Positions 20,008 to 32,108 of a DNA stretch of 64,000 bases are shown here, one piece after another. Position numbers and translations under genes: made by a program. Every line of letters begins with the position of its first letter. The first letter of the stretch is position 1. The stretch lies in IMG/VR virus record IMGVR_UViG_2576861193_000002. One strand, written 5' to 3'. This DNA comes from a virus (taxonomy: Duplodnaviria; Heunggongvirae; Uroviricota; Caudoviricetes). The notes under the pieces are model-generated. The model did no database searches. It saw nothing but the letters and a program-made list of their open reading frames with translations, and was not told the DNA's origin.

Positions 20008-20427
20008 ATGGACAAATATGAATTTAGACGACAGCAACTCATCAAAATTCGTGATGAGAAATGCGATGGTAAAGCGGTTAACGTGGCCAGAAAGATCGGG
20101 CGCGAGCCTTCTTATGTATCAAGAATGTTGTACCCAGAGGGGAAAAAGGGAAAAAAACGGATCGCTGATGATATGGTGGAGATTATCGAAGAGTCCTTTG
20201 GGTTACCCCGGGGATGGATGGATGGTATCGTTTCATCATCAACGAACACAGCCTCCAGTTATGAAACAAGGGTTCTAACGCCACGACAACGTATTTTTTT
20301 AGATCTCTTAGACGAACTGCCAGAAAGTGAAGCGGATAACTTATTAAAAACTCTTGAAGAGAAAAAACAGTATTACAATATGATCTACGAAGAAATCCGT
20401 AAAAAGAAAGCACAAAACGCATCATAG
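20008..20427 (+). CDS. racR: prophage repressor RacR-like
   Basis: 139 aa; N-terminal HTH (…AVNVARKIGREPSYVSRML…); divergent from cro-like ydaS. Confidence 0.7.
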   Translation: MDKYEFRRQQLIKIRDEKCDGKAVNVARKIGREPSYVSRMLYPEGKKGKKRIADDMVEIIEESFGLPRGWMDGIVSSSTNTASSYETRVLTPRQRIFLDLLDELPESEADNLLKTLEEKKQYYNMIYEEIRKKKAQNAS

Positions 20428-20468
20428 CTCACCAAACAACTAGTCACCAGTTAAGACACCGCAAAAAG

Positions 20469-20507
20469 TTACCCATGGGTATTTACCTTTTAAATACCTA
20501 TGGGTAT
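20469..20507. promoter_or_regulatory. oL-like operator pair
   Basis: Palindrome ttACCCATGGGTat and aaatACCTATGGGTAt, same family as sites at 19935-20012. Confidence 0.5.
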
Positions 20508-20681
20508 CCTTCTTTTCATACCAACCCACCCCGCCCCACAGAATGCAGGGCAATACTTCGAGTTACCAGGCAGTGGTCAGGGGTTAAGTAGCCAGCCCGA
20601 GGCGTAAGAACATGACGGCGGGATTCAAATTTTGCAGTGCAGCAGTTAGTTCCGCCACCCGGCGTTAAGGGGAGAGATAAG

Positions 20682-20816
20682 ATGGTGCATTACGAAGTAG
20701 TTCAGTATTTGATGGATTGTTGCGGTATCACTTACAACCAGGCTGTGCAGGCTTTACGCAGCAACGACTGGGATCTCTGGCAGGCAGAAGTCGCTATACG
20801 TAGCAACAAGATGTGA
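20682..20816 (+). CDS. ydaG: small Rac protein YdaG-like (44 aa)
   Basis: Below the ORF-track cutoff; MVHYEVVQYLMDCCGITYNQAVQALRSNDWDLWQAEVAIRSNKM; synteny. Confidence 0.55.
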   Translation: MVHYEVVQYLMDCCGITYNQAVQALRSNDWDLWQAEVAIRSNKM

Positions 20817-20826
20817 GATTCGCAAA

Positions 20827-20982
20827 ATGCAAAAAATCGACCTCGGCAACAACGAATCCCTGGTGTGCGGCGTGTTCCCCAACCAGGATGGAACGTTCAC
20901 TGCCATGACGTATACCAAAAGCAAAACATTTAAAACCGAAACTGGTGCGCGCCGATGGTTGGAGAAGCACACAGTAAGCTAA
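20827..20982 (+). CDS. ydaF: small Rac protein YdaF-like (51 aa)
   Basis: MQKIDLGNNESLVCGVFPNQDGTFTAMTYTKSKTFKTETGARRWLEKHTVS; synteny. Confidence 0.55.
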   Translation: MQKIDLGNNESLVCGVFPNQDGTFTAMTYTKSKTFKTETGARRWLEKHTVS

Positions 20983-21467
20983 CGATTAAAACGTCTACTC
21001 CTGCTGTTCCAGAATAACTTCATAAAATGGGAGTATTTTTCGGTGACGAGATAATAAGAACAGTTTGCGCTATCACTCTGATGTTGAATGATGCCCTTCC
21101 GTTCTAATTTTTTCATAACCGGGTTACGGCAAGGAGAAGTGATAATAAGATTTCCTGTTTTAAGGAAATCTTTAAATACAGCGATTTCTTTCTCAGATAA
21201 ACGAAGCAATACTCGTTGCTCTGGTAGTAATGAATAATGCTTTTGAATATGTGCTCGCAATCTTGAGAAGGAAATGGCGACCACGAAAGAAAAGGCAAAA
21301 ACGATAATCTGAAAGAGCCAAGGTATTTCAGTATAAGCATTGAATGCGTCAGTAAACTCTTTCGGTATCAGCCAGAGAGTGAGACCAAAAATGATAATCG
21401 TATACATAAGTCTTTCGAGTGGCTCGTTAGCAAAAAGTTTCAACAATGGAGTAAATACATCCAACAT
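20979..21467 (-). CDS. sieB: superinfection exclusion protein SieB
   Basis: 162 aa from internal Met (MLDVFTPLLKLF…); two TM helices; Rac synteny. Confidence 0.75.
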   Translation of the reverse strand: MLDVFTPLLKLFANEPLERLMYTIIIFGLTLWLIPKEFTDAFNAYTEIPWLFQIIVFAFSFVVAISFSRLRAHIQKHYSLLPEQRVLLRLSEKEIAVFKDFLKTGNLIITSPCRNPVMKKLERKGIIQHQSDSANCSYYLVTEKYSHFMKLFWNSRSRRFNR

Positions 21468-21908
21468 ATCAATAACTCTCAACTGTAAGGGTATTGAAAT
21501 GTTAACACAAGCTCTCGCTGTAGGGGTATAGCCGAGACCACCGAAGCCCGGAGGTGGTGAAATAAAACCGGGCACAACACGAAGGCGCATTTCCGATATC
21601 CATAAAGAGTCGGTCTTGTCTGTTAAATTTAAATGGTGGGAGTGCGCCTCCGGTTGTAAATAACGACATTGCTGTGTGTAGTCCTGGCGGCATCAGTTTT
21701 TTTCTTGAAGTTCGGCTGATGTCCGCCCTTTTTAAAGTGAATTTTGTGATGCGGTGAATGCGGCTAAGCGCACGTGGCACAGTTAAAAGTCATGTTAGTC
21801 CTTATTGGTTTGGGTGGGAAAGCCGACTGTAATTGTTAACTGGTTGCAGTCACCTGGAGGCACCAGGCACCGCATCAACAAAGTTCATTTGTAAAAATGG
21901 AGATAATT

Positions 21909-22130
21909 ATGATTGCACATCACTTCGGAACTGATGAAATACCACGTCAGTGTGTGACTCCTGGCGATTATGTTCTTCATGAAGGCCGGACATATATTGC
22001 CTCGGCAAACAATATTAAAAAGCGAAAACTATATATTCGTAACCTGACCACAAAAACATGCATTACTGACCGCATGATTAAAGTCTTCCTCGGTCGTGAT
22101 GGTTTACCTGTAAAGGCGGAGTCATGGTGA
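21909..22130 (+). CDS. kilR: FtsZ-inhibiting killing protein KilR
   Basis: 73 aa ([14 protein letters not shown]…); Rac synteny. Confidence 0.75.
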   Translation: MIAHHFGTDEIPRQCVTPGDYVLHEGRTYIASANNIKKRKLYIRNLTTKTCITDRMIKVFLGRDGLPVKAESW

Positions 22131-22300
22131 TGACTAAGAAAATAAAATGTGCTTACCACCTTTGCAAAAAAGACGTTGAAGAAAGCAAAGCTATTGAAAG
22201 AATGCTTCACTTCATGCACGGGATTTTATCAAAAGACGAACCGAGAAAATATTGCAGTGAAGCTTGTGCCGAAAAAGACCAGATGGCACATGAACTTTAA
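22130..22300 (+). CDS. ydaE: YdaE-like small Cys-rich protein (56 aa)
   Basis: [14 protein letters not shown]…CSEACAEKDQMAHEL; start overlaps kilR stop. Confidence 0.6.
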   Translation: MTKKIKCAYHLCKKDVEESKAIERMLHFMHGILSKDEPRKYCSEACAEKDQMAHEL

Positions 22301-22374
22301 TTAATTGACTATTCGAAACTGAATTTATGCCAGAAATGGCAGGTATTCGCTCAACCTTAATTAAGGAGAAAAAC

Positions 22375-22650
22375 ATGATTACCAATTATGAAGCCACTGT
22401 TGTAACTACCGATGACATTGTTCACGAGGTGAATCTGGAAGGAAAGCGCATTGGCTACGTAATTAAAACAGAAAATAAAGAAACCCCATTCACTGTGGTT
22501 GATATCGATGGTCCATCAGGCAACGTAAAAACACTTGATGAAGGTGTCAAAAAAATGTGCCTGGTGCATATCGGAAAGAATCTGCCCGCAGAAAAAAAAG
22601 CCGAATTTCTGGCAACTCTAATTGCAATGAAATTAAAAGGTGAAATCTGA
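22375..22650 (+). CDS. racC: RacC
   Basis: 91 aa from ATG with SD aaggag; precedes recE. Confidence 0.7.
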   Translation: MITNYEATVVTTDDIVHEVNLEGKRIGYVIKTENKETPFTVVDIDGPSGNVKTLDEGVKKMCLVHIGKNLPAEKKAEFLATLIAMKLKGEI

Positions 22651-22750
22651 AAGAAATAGCCTGCGTATGGCGCAGGCTATGAACAGTGTGTATCCGGCAA
22701 GATCATTCACTGAACAAAACGAATTTTAATCTGAGTTGAGGTTAAAAAAA

Positions 22751-25351
22751 ATGAGCACAAAACCACTCTTCCTGTTACGGAAAGCGAAAAAATCATCCGG
22801 TGAACCTGACGTCGTCCTGTGGGCAAGCAACGATTTTGAATCGACCTGTGCCACTCTGGACTACCTGATCGTTAAGTCAGGTAAAAAACTGAGCAGCTAT
22901 TTTAAAGCTGTTGCCACGAATTTTCCTGTCGTTAATGACCTGCCCGCTGAAGGTGAGATCGATTTTACCTGGAGTGAACGCTATCAACTCAGCAAAGACT
23001 CCATGACATGGGAACTAAAACCGGGAGCAGCACCAGACAACGCTCACTATCAAGGCAATACCAACGTCAACGGCGAAGACATGACTGAGATTGAGGAGAA
23101 TATGCTACTCCCAATTTCTGGCCAGGAACTGCCCATTCGTTGGCTTGCTCAACACGGCAGCGAAAAACCGGTAACGCACGTTTCACGCGACGGACTCCAG
23201 GCATTACACATTGCTCGGGCTGAAGAACTACCGGCTGTTACTGCCCTGGCTGTTTCCCACAAAACCAGCCTGCTCGACCCGCTGGAAATTCGCGAACTCC
23301 ACAAACTGGTTCGTGACACTGACAAAGTTTTCCCTAATCCTGGTAATTCAAACCTGGGACTGATAACTGCTTTTTTCGAAGCATACCTGAACGCTGACTA
23401 CACCGATCGAGGACTGCTGACAAAAGAGTGGATGAAGGGTAATCGTGTTTCACACATCACTCGCACGGCTTCCGGTGCTAATGCTGGCGGCGGAAACCTC
23501 ACCGATCGCGGCGAAGGTTTCGTACACGATCTGACGTCACTGGCGCGCGACGTAGCCACTGGCGTACTGGCCCGTTCAATGGATCTGGACATCTATAACC
23601 TTCATCCGGCACACGCTAAACGCATTGAGGAAATTATCGCTGAAAATAAACCGCCCTTTTCTGTTTTCCGCGACAAATTCATCACCATGCCTGGCGGGCT
23701 GGATTATTCCCGCGCCATCGTGGTTGCGTCCGTAAAAGAAGCACCAATTGGGATCGAGGTCATCCCCGCGCACGTCACTGAATATCTGAACAAAGTACTG
23801 ACTGAAACCGATCATGCCAACCCTGATCCGGAAATCGTGGATATTGCCTGCGGTCGCTCCTCTGCCCCGATGCCGCAGCGAGTAACAGAAGAAGGAAAAC
23901 AGGATGATGAAGAAAAACCGCAACCATCTGGAACAACGGCAGTTGAACAGGGAGAGGCTGAAACAATGGAACCGGACGCAACTGAACATCATCAGGACAC
24001 GCAGCCGCTGGATGCTCAGTCACAGGTAAATTCTGTTGATGCGAAATATCAGGAACTGCGGGCAGAACTCCATGAAGCCCGGAAAAACATTCCATCAAAA
24101 AATCCTGTCGATGCCGATAAATTGCTTGCTGCATCACGTGGTGAATTTGTTGACGGAATTAGCGACCCGAACGATCCGAAATGGGTAAAGGGGATCCAGA
24201 CTCGCGATTGTGTGTACCAGAACCAGCCAGAAACGGAAAAAACCAGCCCAGATATGAATCAACCTGAGCCAGTAGTGCAACAGGAACCGGAAATAGCCTG
24301 CAATGCCTGCGGCCAGACTGGCGGGGATAACTGCCCTGACTGTGGTGCGGTGATGGGCGACGCAACATACCAGGAAACATTCGCTGAAGAGAGTCAGGTT
24401 GAAGCTAAGGAAAATGATCCGGAGGAAATGGAAGGCGCTGAACATCCGCACAATGAGAATGCTGGCAGCGATCCGCATCGCGATTGCAGTGATGAAACTG
24501 GCGAAGTCGCAGATCCCGTAATCGTAGAAGACATAGAGCCAGGTATTTATTACGGAATTTCGAATGAGAATTACCACGCGGGTCCCGGTATCAGTAAGTC
24601 TCAGCTCGATGACATTGCTGATACTCCGGCACTATATTTGTGGCGTAAAAATGCCCCCGTGGACACCACAAAGACAAAAACGCTCGATTTAGGAACTGCT
24701 TTCCACTGCCGGGTACTTGAACCGGAAGAATTCAGTAACCGCTTTATCGTAGCACCTGAATTTAACCGCCGTACAAACGCCGGAAAAGAAGAAGAGAAAG
24801 CGTTTCTGATGGAATGCGCAAGCACAGGAAAAACGGTTATCACTGCGGAAGAAGGCCGGAAAATTGAACTCATGTATCAAAGCGTTATGGCTTTGCCGCT
24901 GGGGCAATGGCTTGTTGAAAGCGCCGGACACGCTGAATCATCAATTTACTGGGAAGATCCTGAAACAGGAATTTTGTGTCGGTGCCGTCCGGACAAAATT
25001 ATCCCTGAATTTCACTGGATCATGGACGTGAAAACTACGGCGGATATTCAACGATTCAAAACCGCTTATTACGACTACCGCTATCACGTTCAGGATGCAT
25101 TCTACAGTGACGGTTATGAAGCACAGTTTGGAGTGCAGCCAACTTTCGTTTTTCTGGTTGCCAGCACAACTATTGAATGCGGACGTTATCCGGTTGAAAT
25201 TTTCATGATGGGCGAAGAAGCAAAACTGGCAGGTCAACAGGAATATCACCGCAATCTGCGAACCCTGTCTGACTGCCTGAATACCGATGAATGGCCAGCT
25301 ATTAAGACATTATCACTGCCCCGCTGGGCTAAGGAATATGCAAATGACTAA
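22751..25351 (+). CDS. recE: exodeoxyribonuclease VIII RecE
   Basis: 866 aa from MSTKPLFLL; acidic middle region; C-terminal nuclease domain; followed by recT. Confidence 0.9.
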   Translation: MSTKPLFLLRKAKKSSGEPDVVLWASNDFESTCATLDYLIVKSGKKLSSYFKAVATNFPVVNDLPAEGEIDFTWSERYQLSKDSMTWELKPGAAPDNAHYQGNTNVNGEDMTEIEENMLLPISGQELPIRWLAQHGSEKPVTHVSRDGLQALHIARAEELPAVTALAVSHKTSLLDPLEIRELHKLVRDTDKVFPNPGNSNLGLITAFFEAYLNADYTDRGLLTKEWMKGNRVSHITRTASGANAGGGNLTDRGEGFVHDLTSLARDVATGVLARSMDLDIYNLHPAHAKRIEEIIAENKPPFSVFRDKFITMPGGLDYSRAIVVASVKEAPIGIEVIPAHVTEYLNKVLTETDHANPDPEIVDIACGRSSAPMPQRVTEEGKQDDEEKPQPSGTTAVEQGEAETMEPDATEHHQDTQPLDAQSQVNSVDAKYQELRAELHEARKNIPSKNPVDADKLLAASRGEFVDGISDPNDPKWVKGIQTRDCVYQNQPETEKTSPDMNQPEPVVQQEPEIACNACGQTGGDNCPDCGAVMGDATYQETFAEESQVEAKENDPEEMEGAEHPHNENAGSDPHRDCSDETGEVADPVIVEDIEPGIYYGISNENYHAGPGISKSQLDDIADTPALYLWRKNAPVDTTKTKTLDLGTAFHCRVLEPEEFSNRFIVAPEFNRRTNAGKEEEKAFLMECASTGKTVITAEEGRKIELMYQSVMALPLGQWLVESAGHAESSIYWEDPETGILCRCRPDKIIPEFHWIMDVKTTADIQRFKTAYYDYRYHVQDAFYSDGYEAQFGVQPTFVFLVASTTIECGRYPVEIFMMGEEAKLAGQQEYHRNLRTLSDCLNTDEWPAIKTLSLPRWAKEYAND

Positions 25352-26153
25352 GCAACCACCAATCGCAAAAGCCGATCTGCAAAAAACTCAGGGAAACCGT
25401 GCACCAGCAGCAGTTAAAAATAGCGACGTGATTAGTTTTATTAACCAGCCATCAATGAAAGAGCAACTGGCAGCAGCTCTTCCACGCCATATGACGGCTG
25501 AACGTATGATCCGTATCGCCACCACAGAAATTCGTAAAGTTCCGGCGTTAGGAAACTGTGACACTATGAGTTTTGTCAGTGCGATCGTACAGTGTTCACA
25601 GCTCGGACTTGAGCCAGGTAGCGCCCTCGGTCATGCATATTTACTGCCTTTTGGTAATAAAAACGAAAAGAGCGGTAAAAAGAACGTTCAGCTAATCATT
25701 GGCTATCGCGGCATGATTGATCTGGCTCGCCGTTCTGGTCAAATCGCCAGCCTGTCAGCCCGTGTTGTCCGTGAAGGTGACGAGTTTAGCTTCGAATTTG
25801 GCCTTGATGAAAAGTTAATACACCGCCCGGGAGAAAACGAAGATGCCCCGGTTACCCACGTCTATGCTGTCGCAAGACTGAAAGACGGAGGTACTCAGTT
25901 TGAAGTTATGACGCGCAAACAGATTGAGCTGGTGCGCAGCCTGAGTAAAGCTGGTAATAACGGGCCGTGGGTAACTCACTGGGAAGAAATGGCAAAGAAA
26001 ACGGCTATTCGTCGCCTGTTCAAATATCTGCCCGTATCAATTGAGATCCAGCGTGCAGTATCAATGGATGAAAAGGAACCACTGACAATCGATCCTGCAG
26101 ATTCCTCTGTATTAACCGGGGAATACAGTGTAATCGATAATTCAGAGGAATAA
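25344..26153 (+). CDS. recT: recombinase RecT
   Basis: 269 aa from [12 protein letters not shown]; overlaps recE stop. Confidence 0.9.
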   Translation: MTKQPPIAKADLQKTQGNRAPAAVKNSDVISFINQPSMKEQLAAALPRHMTAERMIRIATTEIRKVPALGNCDTMSFVSAIVQCSQLGLEPGSALGHAYLLPFGNKNEKSGKKNVQLIIGYRGMIDLARRSGQIASLSARVVREGDEFSFEFGLDEKLIHRPGENEDAPVTHVYAVARLKDGGTQFEVMTRKQIELVRSLSKAGNNGPWVTHWEEMAKKTAIRRLFKYLPVSIEIQRAVSMDEKEPLTIDPADSSVLTGEYSVIDNSEE

Positions 26154-26209
26154 TTCAGGCTGGCGGTGTAATGCACCGCCAACTTGAAATATTTTTTATG
26201 AGAAAAATT

Positions 26210-26404
26210 ATGAGATATGACAATGTTAAACCATGTCCATTTTGTGGTTGTCCATCAGTAACGGTGAAAGCCATTTCAGGATATTACCGAGCGAAGTGTA
26301 ACGGATGCGAATCCCGAACCGGTTATGGTGGAAGTGAAAAAGAAGCACTCGAAAGATGGAATAAACGAACCACTGGAAATAATAATGGAGGTGTTCATGT
26401 ATAA
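26210..26404 (+). CDS. ralR: restriction alleviation protein RalR (Lar)
   Basis: 64 aa, MRYDNVKPCPFCGCPS… zinc ribbon. Confidence 0.8.
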   Translation: MRYDNVKPCPFCGCPSVTVKAISGYYRAKCNGCESRTGYGGSEKEALERWNKRTTGNNNGGVHV

Positions 26405-26606
26405 AATTACCGCCACTATTGAAAAGGAAGGTGGCACTCCTACTAACTGGACAAGATATTCAAAATCTAAACTAACGAAATCAGAATGCGAAAAAATGCT
26501 CTCAGGTAAAAAAGAAGCAGGCGTTTCCAGAGAGCAGAAAGTAAAACTGATAAATTTTAATTGCGAGAAACTTCAGTCCTCGAGAATTGCATTGTATTCA
26601 AATTAA
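26397..26606 (+). CDS. ydaC: YdaC-like protein
   Basis: 69 aa, MYKITATIEKEGG…; Rac synteny. Confidence 0.7.
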   Translation: MYKITATIEKEGGTPTNWTRYSKSKLTKSECEKMLSGKKEAGVSREQKVKLINFNCEKLQSSRIALYSN

Positions 26607-26684
26607 AACTTCATAGCTGATTATTAATAATCAACATCGGGCGTCAATTTCAGTCTAACATTGGCGCCTGCCAGAGGTGATGCG

Positions 26685-26900
26685 ATGGCACAAGTAATCT
26701 TTAATGAAGAGTGGATGGTTGAATACGGCCTGATGCTTCGCACTGGTCTGGGGGCCAGACAAATTGAAGCATACCGCCAGAACTGTTGGGTGGAGGGCTT
26801 CCACTTCAAACGAGTATCTCCTTTAGGTAAGCCAGACAGCAAACGAGGGATTATCTGGTACAACTATCCAAAGATAAATCAGTTTATCAAAGACTCATGA
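26685..26900 (+). CDS. xisR: excisionase XisR
   Basis: 71 aa immediately upstream of integrase. Confidence 0.75.
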   Translation: MAQVIFNEEWMVEYGLMLRTGLGARQIEAYRQNCWVEGFHFKRVSPLGKPDSKRGIIWYNYPKINQFIKDS

Positions 26901-26901
26901 T

Positions 26902-28137
26902 ATGTCTAAATTACCAACAGGTGTCGAGATTAGAGGTAGATACATTCGCATCTGGTTCATGTTTCGAGGAAAACGATGTCGGGAAACATTAAAAGGCTGG
27001 GAGATTACAAACAGTAATATTAAAAAGGCCGGAAATTTAAGAGTGCTGGTAGTTCATGAAATAAACTCCGGTGAATTTGAGTATTTAAGACGTTTTCCCC
27101 AGTCCAGCACTGGGGCAAAAATGGTGACAACGAGAGTCATAAAAACGTTCGGAGAGCTTTGTGATATCTGGACAAAAATTAAAGAGACAGAGTTAACAAC
27201 AAACACAATGAAGAAAACGAAATCACAATTAAAAACACTCAGAATAATAATTTGTGAAAGTACCCCGATATCACATATTCGTTATAGCGATATCTTAAAC
27301 TACCGGAATGAACTGCTGCATGGAGAAACGCTTTACCTGGATAATCCAAGATCCAACAAAAAAGGAAGAACCGTGCGCACAGTTGATAACTATATCGCCC
27401 TGCTCTGTTCGCTGTTGCGTTTTGCGTATCAGTCGGGATTTATATCAACCAAACCATTTGAAGGAGTAAAAAAATTACAGCGAAACAGAATAAAGCCTGA
27501 TCCGTTATCTAAAACAGAATTCAATGCATTAATGGAAAGTGAAAAAGGACAGAGCCAGAACTTGTGGAAATTTGCCGTTTACTCAGGACTTCGTCACGGG
27601 GAACTGGCAGCTCTGGCGTGGGAGGATGTGGATCTCGAAAAGGGAATAGTGAATGTCAGAAGAAACCTGACGATACTTGATATGTTCGGTCCCCCAAAAA
27701 CAAATGCCGGGATCCGAACAGTAACACTACTGCAGCCTGCTCTTGAAGCACTGAAGGAGCAATACAAACTGACCGGGCATCATCGCAAAAGCGAAATCAC
27801 CTTTTATCATCGGGAGTACGGCAGAACCGAAAAGCAAAAACTGCATTTTGTTTTCATGCCCAGGGTGTGTAACGGAAAACAAAAACCTTATTACTCGGTA
27901 AGCAGTTTGGGGGCAAGGTGGAATGCAGCAGTAAAACGTGCTGGTATTCGCCGCCGTAATCCGTACCATACGCGGCATACTTTTGCCTGCTGGCTGTTGA
28001 CGGCAGGAGCGAACCCGGCATTTATAGCCAGCCAAATGGGGCATGAAACTGCGCAGATGGTGTATGAAATTTACGGTATGTGGATTGATGACATGAACGA
28101 CGAACAGATAGCCATGTTGAATGCGCGGTTATCGTAG
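26902..28137 (+). CDS. intR: tyrosine integrase IntR
   Basis: 411 aa; C-terminal catalytic region; adjacent to ttcA. Confidence 0.9.
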   Translation: MSKLPTGVEIRGRYIRIWFMFRGKRCRETLKGWEITNSNIKKAGNLRVLVVHEINSGEFEYLRRFPQSSTGAKMVTTRVIKTFGELCDIWTKIKETELTTNTMKKTKSQLKTLRIIICESTPISHIRYSDILNYRNELLHGETLYLDNPRSNKKGRTVRTVDNYIALLCSLLRFAYQSGFISTKPFEGVKKLQRNRIKPDPLSKTEFNALMESEKGQSQNLWKFAVYSGLRHGELAALAWEDVDLEKGIVNVRRNLTILDMFGPPKTNAGIRTVTLLQPALEALKEQYKLTGHHRKSEITFYHREYGRTEKQKLHFVFMPRVCNGKQKPYYSVSSLGARWNAAVKRAGIRRRNPYHTRHTFACWLLTAGANPAFIASQMGHETAQMVYEIYGMWIDDMNDEQIAMLNARLS

Positions 28138-28188
28138 TTGCAAAGTTTGCCCCCAATTTGCCCCACTTAGTACCAGAGAACTGAAATA

Positions 28189-29124
28189 ATGCAAGAAAAT
28201 CAACAAATTACAAAGAAAGAACAATACAACCTGAACAAATTACAAAAACGTCTGCGTCGTAACGTGGGCGAAGCCATTGCTGACTTCAATATGATTGAAG
28301 AAGGCGATCGCATCATGGTTTGCCTCTCCGGGGGTAAAGACAGCTATACCATGCTGGAGATTCTGCGCAATTTGCAGCAAAGCGCGCCAATCAATTTTTC
28401 GCTGGTGGCTGTTAACCTCGATCAAAAGCAACCGGGCTTCCCGGAACACGTTCTGCCCGAGTATCTTGAAAAGCTGGGCGTTGAGTACAAGATTGTTGAA
28501 GAGAATACTTACGGTATCGTGAAAGAGAAGATTCCAGAGGGCAAAACCACTTGCTCACTGTGTTCTCGCCTTCGTCGCGGTATCCTTTATCGTACCGCAA
28601 CGGAACTGGGGGCGACGAAGATCGCGTTGGGTCACCATCGTGACGATATCCTGCAAACGTTGTTCTTAAATATGTTCTACGGCGGTAAGATGAAAGGTAT
28701 GCCTCCGAAACTGATGAGCGATGATGGCAAACATATCGTTATTCGTCCGCTGGCCTACTGCCGCGAGAAAGATATTCAGCGATTTGCCGATGCAAAAGCG
28801 TTCCCGATTATTCCGTGCAACCTGTGCGGTTCACAGCCTAACCTGCAACGTCAGGTGATTGCTGACATGTTGCGTGACTGGGATAAACGTTATCCAGGGC
28901 GTATCGAGACGATGTTCAGCGCGATGCAGAATGTGGTGCCGTCGCATCTGTGCGATACCAACCTGTTCGATTTCAAAGGCATCACCCACGGTTCTGAAGT
29001 GGTTAACGGGGGTGATCTGGCGTTTGATCGCGAAGAGATCCCACTACAACCGGCGTGCTGGCAGCCAGAAGAAGATGAAAATCAGTTGGATGAGTTACGG
29101 CTGAATGTGGTTGAAGTGAAATAA
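28189..29124 (+). CDS. ttcA: tRNA 2-thiocytidine(32) synthetase TtcA
   Basis: 311 aa; PP-loop SGGKDS; CxxC pairs; Rac attachment locus. Confidence 0.9.
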
Positions 29125-29252
29125 CCAGGATAGCGCCCGATGCGCAAGCGTATCGGGCTACTCTTATGGAGGCCGGATAAGACGCGGCCAGCGTCGCATC
29201 CGGCAATCCCGAATAAGATGTTTACTCTTGCACCCGGCAATTCAACATTTCA

Positions 29253-30626
29253 TTATTTTAATAACCGCACCCGGCACGTTTTTCCTTTAATCTTCCCGCC
29301 CTGTAACTGTTTCCATGCTTTATGAGCAACAGCCTGACGGACCGCGACATAGACATGCGCCGGATGCACGGCGATTTTGCCAATATCTGCGCCATCAAGC
29401 CCGATATCTCCTGTCAGTGCACCTAATACATCACCCGGGCGCATTTTGGCTTTTTTCCCGCCATCGATACACAACGTTGCCATTTCTGCTTCCAGCGTCG
29501 CAATGGAACTATTAGCTGGCGGCGTTTGCCAGTTAAGTTTTATCTGCAACATGTCAGAAATGATATTGGCCCGCTGTGCTTCTTCCGGAGCACAGAAACT
29601 GATCGCCAGACCGCTATTTCCTGCACGAGCTGTACGACCGATGCGATGTACATGAACTTCAGGGTCCCACGCCAGCTCAAAGTTCACCACCAGCTCAAGC
29701 GATTTAATATCCAGACCACGCGCAGCAACATCAGTCGCGACCAGTACACGGGCGCTACCGTTAGCAAAACGTACCAGGGTCTGATCGCGATCGCGTTGCT
29801 CCAAATCGCCGTGTAATGACAATGCACTTTGCCCTACTTCATTCAGCGCGTCGCAGACAGCCTGGCAATCTTTTTTGGTATTGCAAAACACCACGCAAGA
29901 GGATGGCTGATGCAAGCTTAATAACCGTTGCAACAGAGGAATTTTGCCTTTGCTGGATGTCTCATAAAATTGTTGTTCAATGGGTGGCAAAGCATCTGTT
30001 GAGTCAATTTCAATCGCCAAAGGATCGCGTTGCACTCGTCCGCTGATTGCAGCGATGGCTTCCGGCCAGGTTGCCGAAAACAGAAGCGTCTGTCGAGATG
30101 CAGGCGCAAAACGGATGACATCATCAATGGCATCGCTAAATCCCATATCCAGCATGCGGTCGGCCTCATCCATCACCAGCGTATTCAACGCATCCAGTGA
30201 TACCGTGCCTTTTTGCAGGTGATCCAGCAAACGCCCCGGCGTTGCCACGATAATATGCGGCGCATGTTGCAACGAATCACGCTGCATACCGAACGGTTGA
30301 CCACCGCACAACGTCAAAATTTTGGTATTTGGCAGAAAACGCGCCAGCCGACGCAATTCACCTGCCACCTGATCCGCCAGTTCACGCGTAGGACACAGCA
30401 CTAAAGCCTGGGTTTGAAATAGCGACGCATCAATTTGCTGTAACAAGCCGAGGCCAAAAGCCGCCGTTTTGCCGCTGCCGGTTTTCGCCTGCACGCGAAC
30501 ATCTTTTCCGGCAAGGATCGCCGGAAGCGCGGCGGCCTGCACCGGCGTCATGGTTAAATAACCCAACTCATTAAGGTTCGTGAGTTGGGCGGGAGGCAAA
30601 ACATTCAGGGTAGAAAAAGCGGTCAC
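29253..30626 (-). CDS. dbpA: ATP-dependent RNA helicase DbpA
   Basis: 457 aa DEAD-box helicase (Walker A GSGKT, DEAD motif); GTG start. Confidence 0.9.
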   Translation of the reverse strand: MTAFSTLNVLPPAQLTNLNELGYLTMTPVQAAALPAILAGKDVRVQAKTGSGKTAAFGLGLLQQIDASLFQTQALVLCPTRELADQVAGELRRLARFLPNTKILTLCGGQPFGMQRDSLQHAPHIIVATPGRLLDHLQKGTVSLDALNTLVMDEADRMLDMGFSDAIDDVIRFAPASRQTLLFSATWPEAIAAISGRVQRDPLAIEIDSTDALPPIEQQFYETSSKGKIPLLQRLLSLHQPSSCVVFCNTKKDCQAVCDALNEVGQSALSLHGDLEQRDRDQTLVRFANGSARVLVATDVAARGLDIKSLELVVNFELAWDPEVHVHRIGRTARAGNSGLAISFCAPEEAQRANIISDMLQIKLNWQTPPANSSIATLEAEMATLCIDGGKKAKMRPGDVLGALTGDIGLDGADIGKIAVHPAHVYVAVRQAVAHKAWKQLQGGKIKGKTCRVRLLK

Positions 30627-30655
30627 AATCTATTCTCGTGGTCATCGACGCAAAG

Positions 30656-30829
30656 TTAGCAGGCGCGTATCCTCGCAGATCTACGCTCACGATGCGACAA
30701 TTTAATCGGTTCTTCATCGGGTGGTGGGTCAGGCATGGGTTGCGGGCGAGGGATCGGATCGGGCACTGGAACAGGATCGCCAGGAATCGGTTCAGGGACA
30801 GGAATTTGCAAATAAATAAGTGTCGTCAT
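30656..30829 (-). CDS. candidate 57-aa proline-rich upstream ORF
   Basis: SD gaggga + ATG; MTTLIYLQIPVPEPIPGDPVPVPDPIPRPQPMPDPPPDEEPIKLSHRERRSARIRAC; ends 30 nt before dbpA start. Confidence 0.3.
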   Translation of the reverse strand: MTTLIYLQIPVPEPIPGDPVPVPDPIPRPQPMPDPPPDEEPIKLSHRERRSARIRAC

Positions 30830-30886
30830 ATTTCCCTCTGGTCATTGGGTGGACTCTTAAAGGGTAGACGCTGATAAATAACAGGC

Positions 30887-30998
30887 AAAAAAAAGCCGAC
30901 TCATCAAAGTCGGCGTCGTACGAATCAATTGTGCTATGCAGTAATTCAAAAAAGGAAGTAAGACAATATGGAGCGCAACGCCCATCGCTTGACGTTGC
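30887..30998 (-). ncRNA. fnrS: FnrS small RNA
   Basis: Reverse complement reads GCAGGTGAATGCAACGTCAAGCGATGGGCG…GCCGACTTTGATGAGTCGGCTTTTTTTT, matching FnrS as recalled; terminal hairpin + U-run. Confidence 0.8.
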
Positions 30999-31043
30999 AT
31001 TCACCTGCAAGAGAGATATTGCCCTGAATGGGTAGAGAGTTTA

Positions 31044-31057
31044 TTGACTTCGCTCAA
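31044..31057. promoter_or_regulatory. FNR box upstream of fnrS
   Basis: TTGAG-cgaa-GTCAA close to FNR consensus TTGAT-N4-ATCAA. Confidence 0.6.
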
Positions 31058-31103
31058 ACTTTGCGGCGTTTTTGTATACAGACAGCCGGAAAAATTGCTT
31101 TTG

Positions 31104-32108
<1,005 letters not shown>

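Larger units (their letters stand above)
1..28180. mobile_element. Rac-like lambdoid prophage (partial, continues beyond left edge); integrase end abuts ttcA
   Basis: Gene order intR-xisR-ydaC-ralR-recT-recE-racC-ydaE-kilR-sieB-ydaF-ydaG-racR-ydaS-ydaT ... Q ... lysis ... trkG matches Rac synteny; ends next to ttcA 5' end. Confidence 0.85.

Noticed and set aside
23398-24577. Several minus-strand ORFs of 64-147 aa inside recE
   Set aside because: Entirely contained in the well-supported recE reading frame on the opposite strand; no RBS or conservation signal.
30638-30874. 78-aa plus-strand ORF between dbpA and fnrS
   Set aside because: Antisense to the SD-supported proline-rich ORF and lacks an RBS; Arg-rich composition typical of antisense frames.
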